DNA from: Neodothiora populina | Lineage: Eukaryota | Reading direction: 5' to 3' | DNA: 64,000 bases | Assembly: GCF_041146345.1 (NCBI RefSeq) | Contig: NW_027191403.1 | Location: 62,001-126,000, forward strand | Shown here: piece by piece, positions 63,390-64,000 of the stretch | Layout: every line of letters begins with the position of its first letter | Position numbering within the stretch: position 1 is the stretch's first letter | The notes under the pieces: generated by a model | What the model saw: the letters and a program-made list of their open reading frames with translations, nothing else | Database searches by the model: none | Told to the model about the DNA's origin: nothing | Position numbers and translations under genes: made by a program

Positions 63390-64000
63390 ATGTCCAGCAA
63401 TCGCTTGTCGACCCATGTGGGCTGCCTGTCAGCAAAAGAAGGCTCTGACAAATTGACTCCACGGCAGCAGTTGTACGCGCACTTCATGTCACGGTAGGCT
63501 TTATATGTATATGTCGTCAAGCTTGTACAAGCATGTTGATTGCACGCAGAGCAGCATGGCACGGCACCAGAATCATACTTCGTCAGGTGTCCCCGGAATC
63601 TATCCATATCTTTGACTACATTCTTGAACTCTACAGAGCCTGCGACGGAGACTGGGATAGCTTGCAGCATGAAACTCAGGTACCGCCGGATGACCTGGCG
63701 AGCTTCCTTGAGTATGCCGTGCTGTTCTTAAGCAATGTCGGGAATTATTATGTGAGCTATCAGGGAGTAGCATCTCACCCTCTTCTATGTTGCTGATCGT
63801 CAGTCAAGGGTCATGGCGATCAGAAGTTCGTCCCACAAGTGCCGGTCAATTCTATGCGCCAAATTTCGACAATCTCCAGTGTTGCCCAGAATATGTACCA
63901 TGAGATAGAACAAGCCATGATGACGTGTCCGCCTTTTGGGCTAGGATATCCGAGTGAGAATTTGCAGAGCTCATATTATCCGGGAGATGCTCCAATGTCG
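63390..64000 (+). CDS. Dipeptidyl peptidase III (peptidase M49), 5' part, runs off window (introns 63494-63549, 63752-63808)
   Basis: YAHFMSRAAWHGTRIILRQVSPES, FL.Y...FLSN.GNY..GD.KF.P and LGYP...QS.YYP motifs. Confidence 0.88.

Noticed and set aside
1..64000. Transposons, Starship captain, CRISPR arrays, telomeric repeats
   Set aside because: No transposase, reverse transcriptase, tyrosine recombinase, LTR/TIR pair, repeat-spacer array or TTAGGG array was recognised. Heavily degraded elements could have been missed by eye.

Overview
Eukaryotic DNA from a filamentous ascomycete (Pezizomycotina), judged from short GT-AG introns with CTRAC-type branch sites, a dispersed 5S rRNA gene and RIP-type C-to-T decay. 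The first ~46 kb looks accessory and is rich in pseudogenes. It holds an AIF/AMID-like oxidoreductase, the 5S gene, a dead RNase H, two dead kinases, an SRR1-like gene and a RIP-mutated ABCC transporter facing two tandem PhomB/UstYa-like HxxHC proteins. It also holds a GPI cell-wall protein, a divergent mitochondrial dicarboxylate carrier, an intact A-T-C NRPS-like enzyme, a tannase/feruloyl esterase and an NmrA-like reductase. From ~46.6 to 58.6 kb is a housekeeping-like block (queuine tRNA-ribosyltransferase, KRE9, Xaa-Pro aminopeptidase, a low-complexity protein, a PHO80-like cyclin). A DUF1295 protein, an Egt2-like PLP lyase and the 5' part of a dipeptidyl peptidase III follow. Best leads: (i) a decaying RiPP-type (dikaritin-like) locus at 16.7-23.6 kb and (ii) the acyl-ligase-T-C enzyme with its neighbouring divergent carrier and esterase. 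All family calls come from motif recognition by eye; no database search was run.
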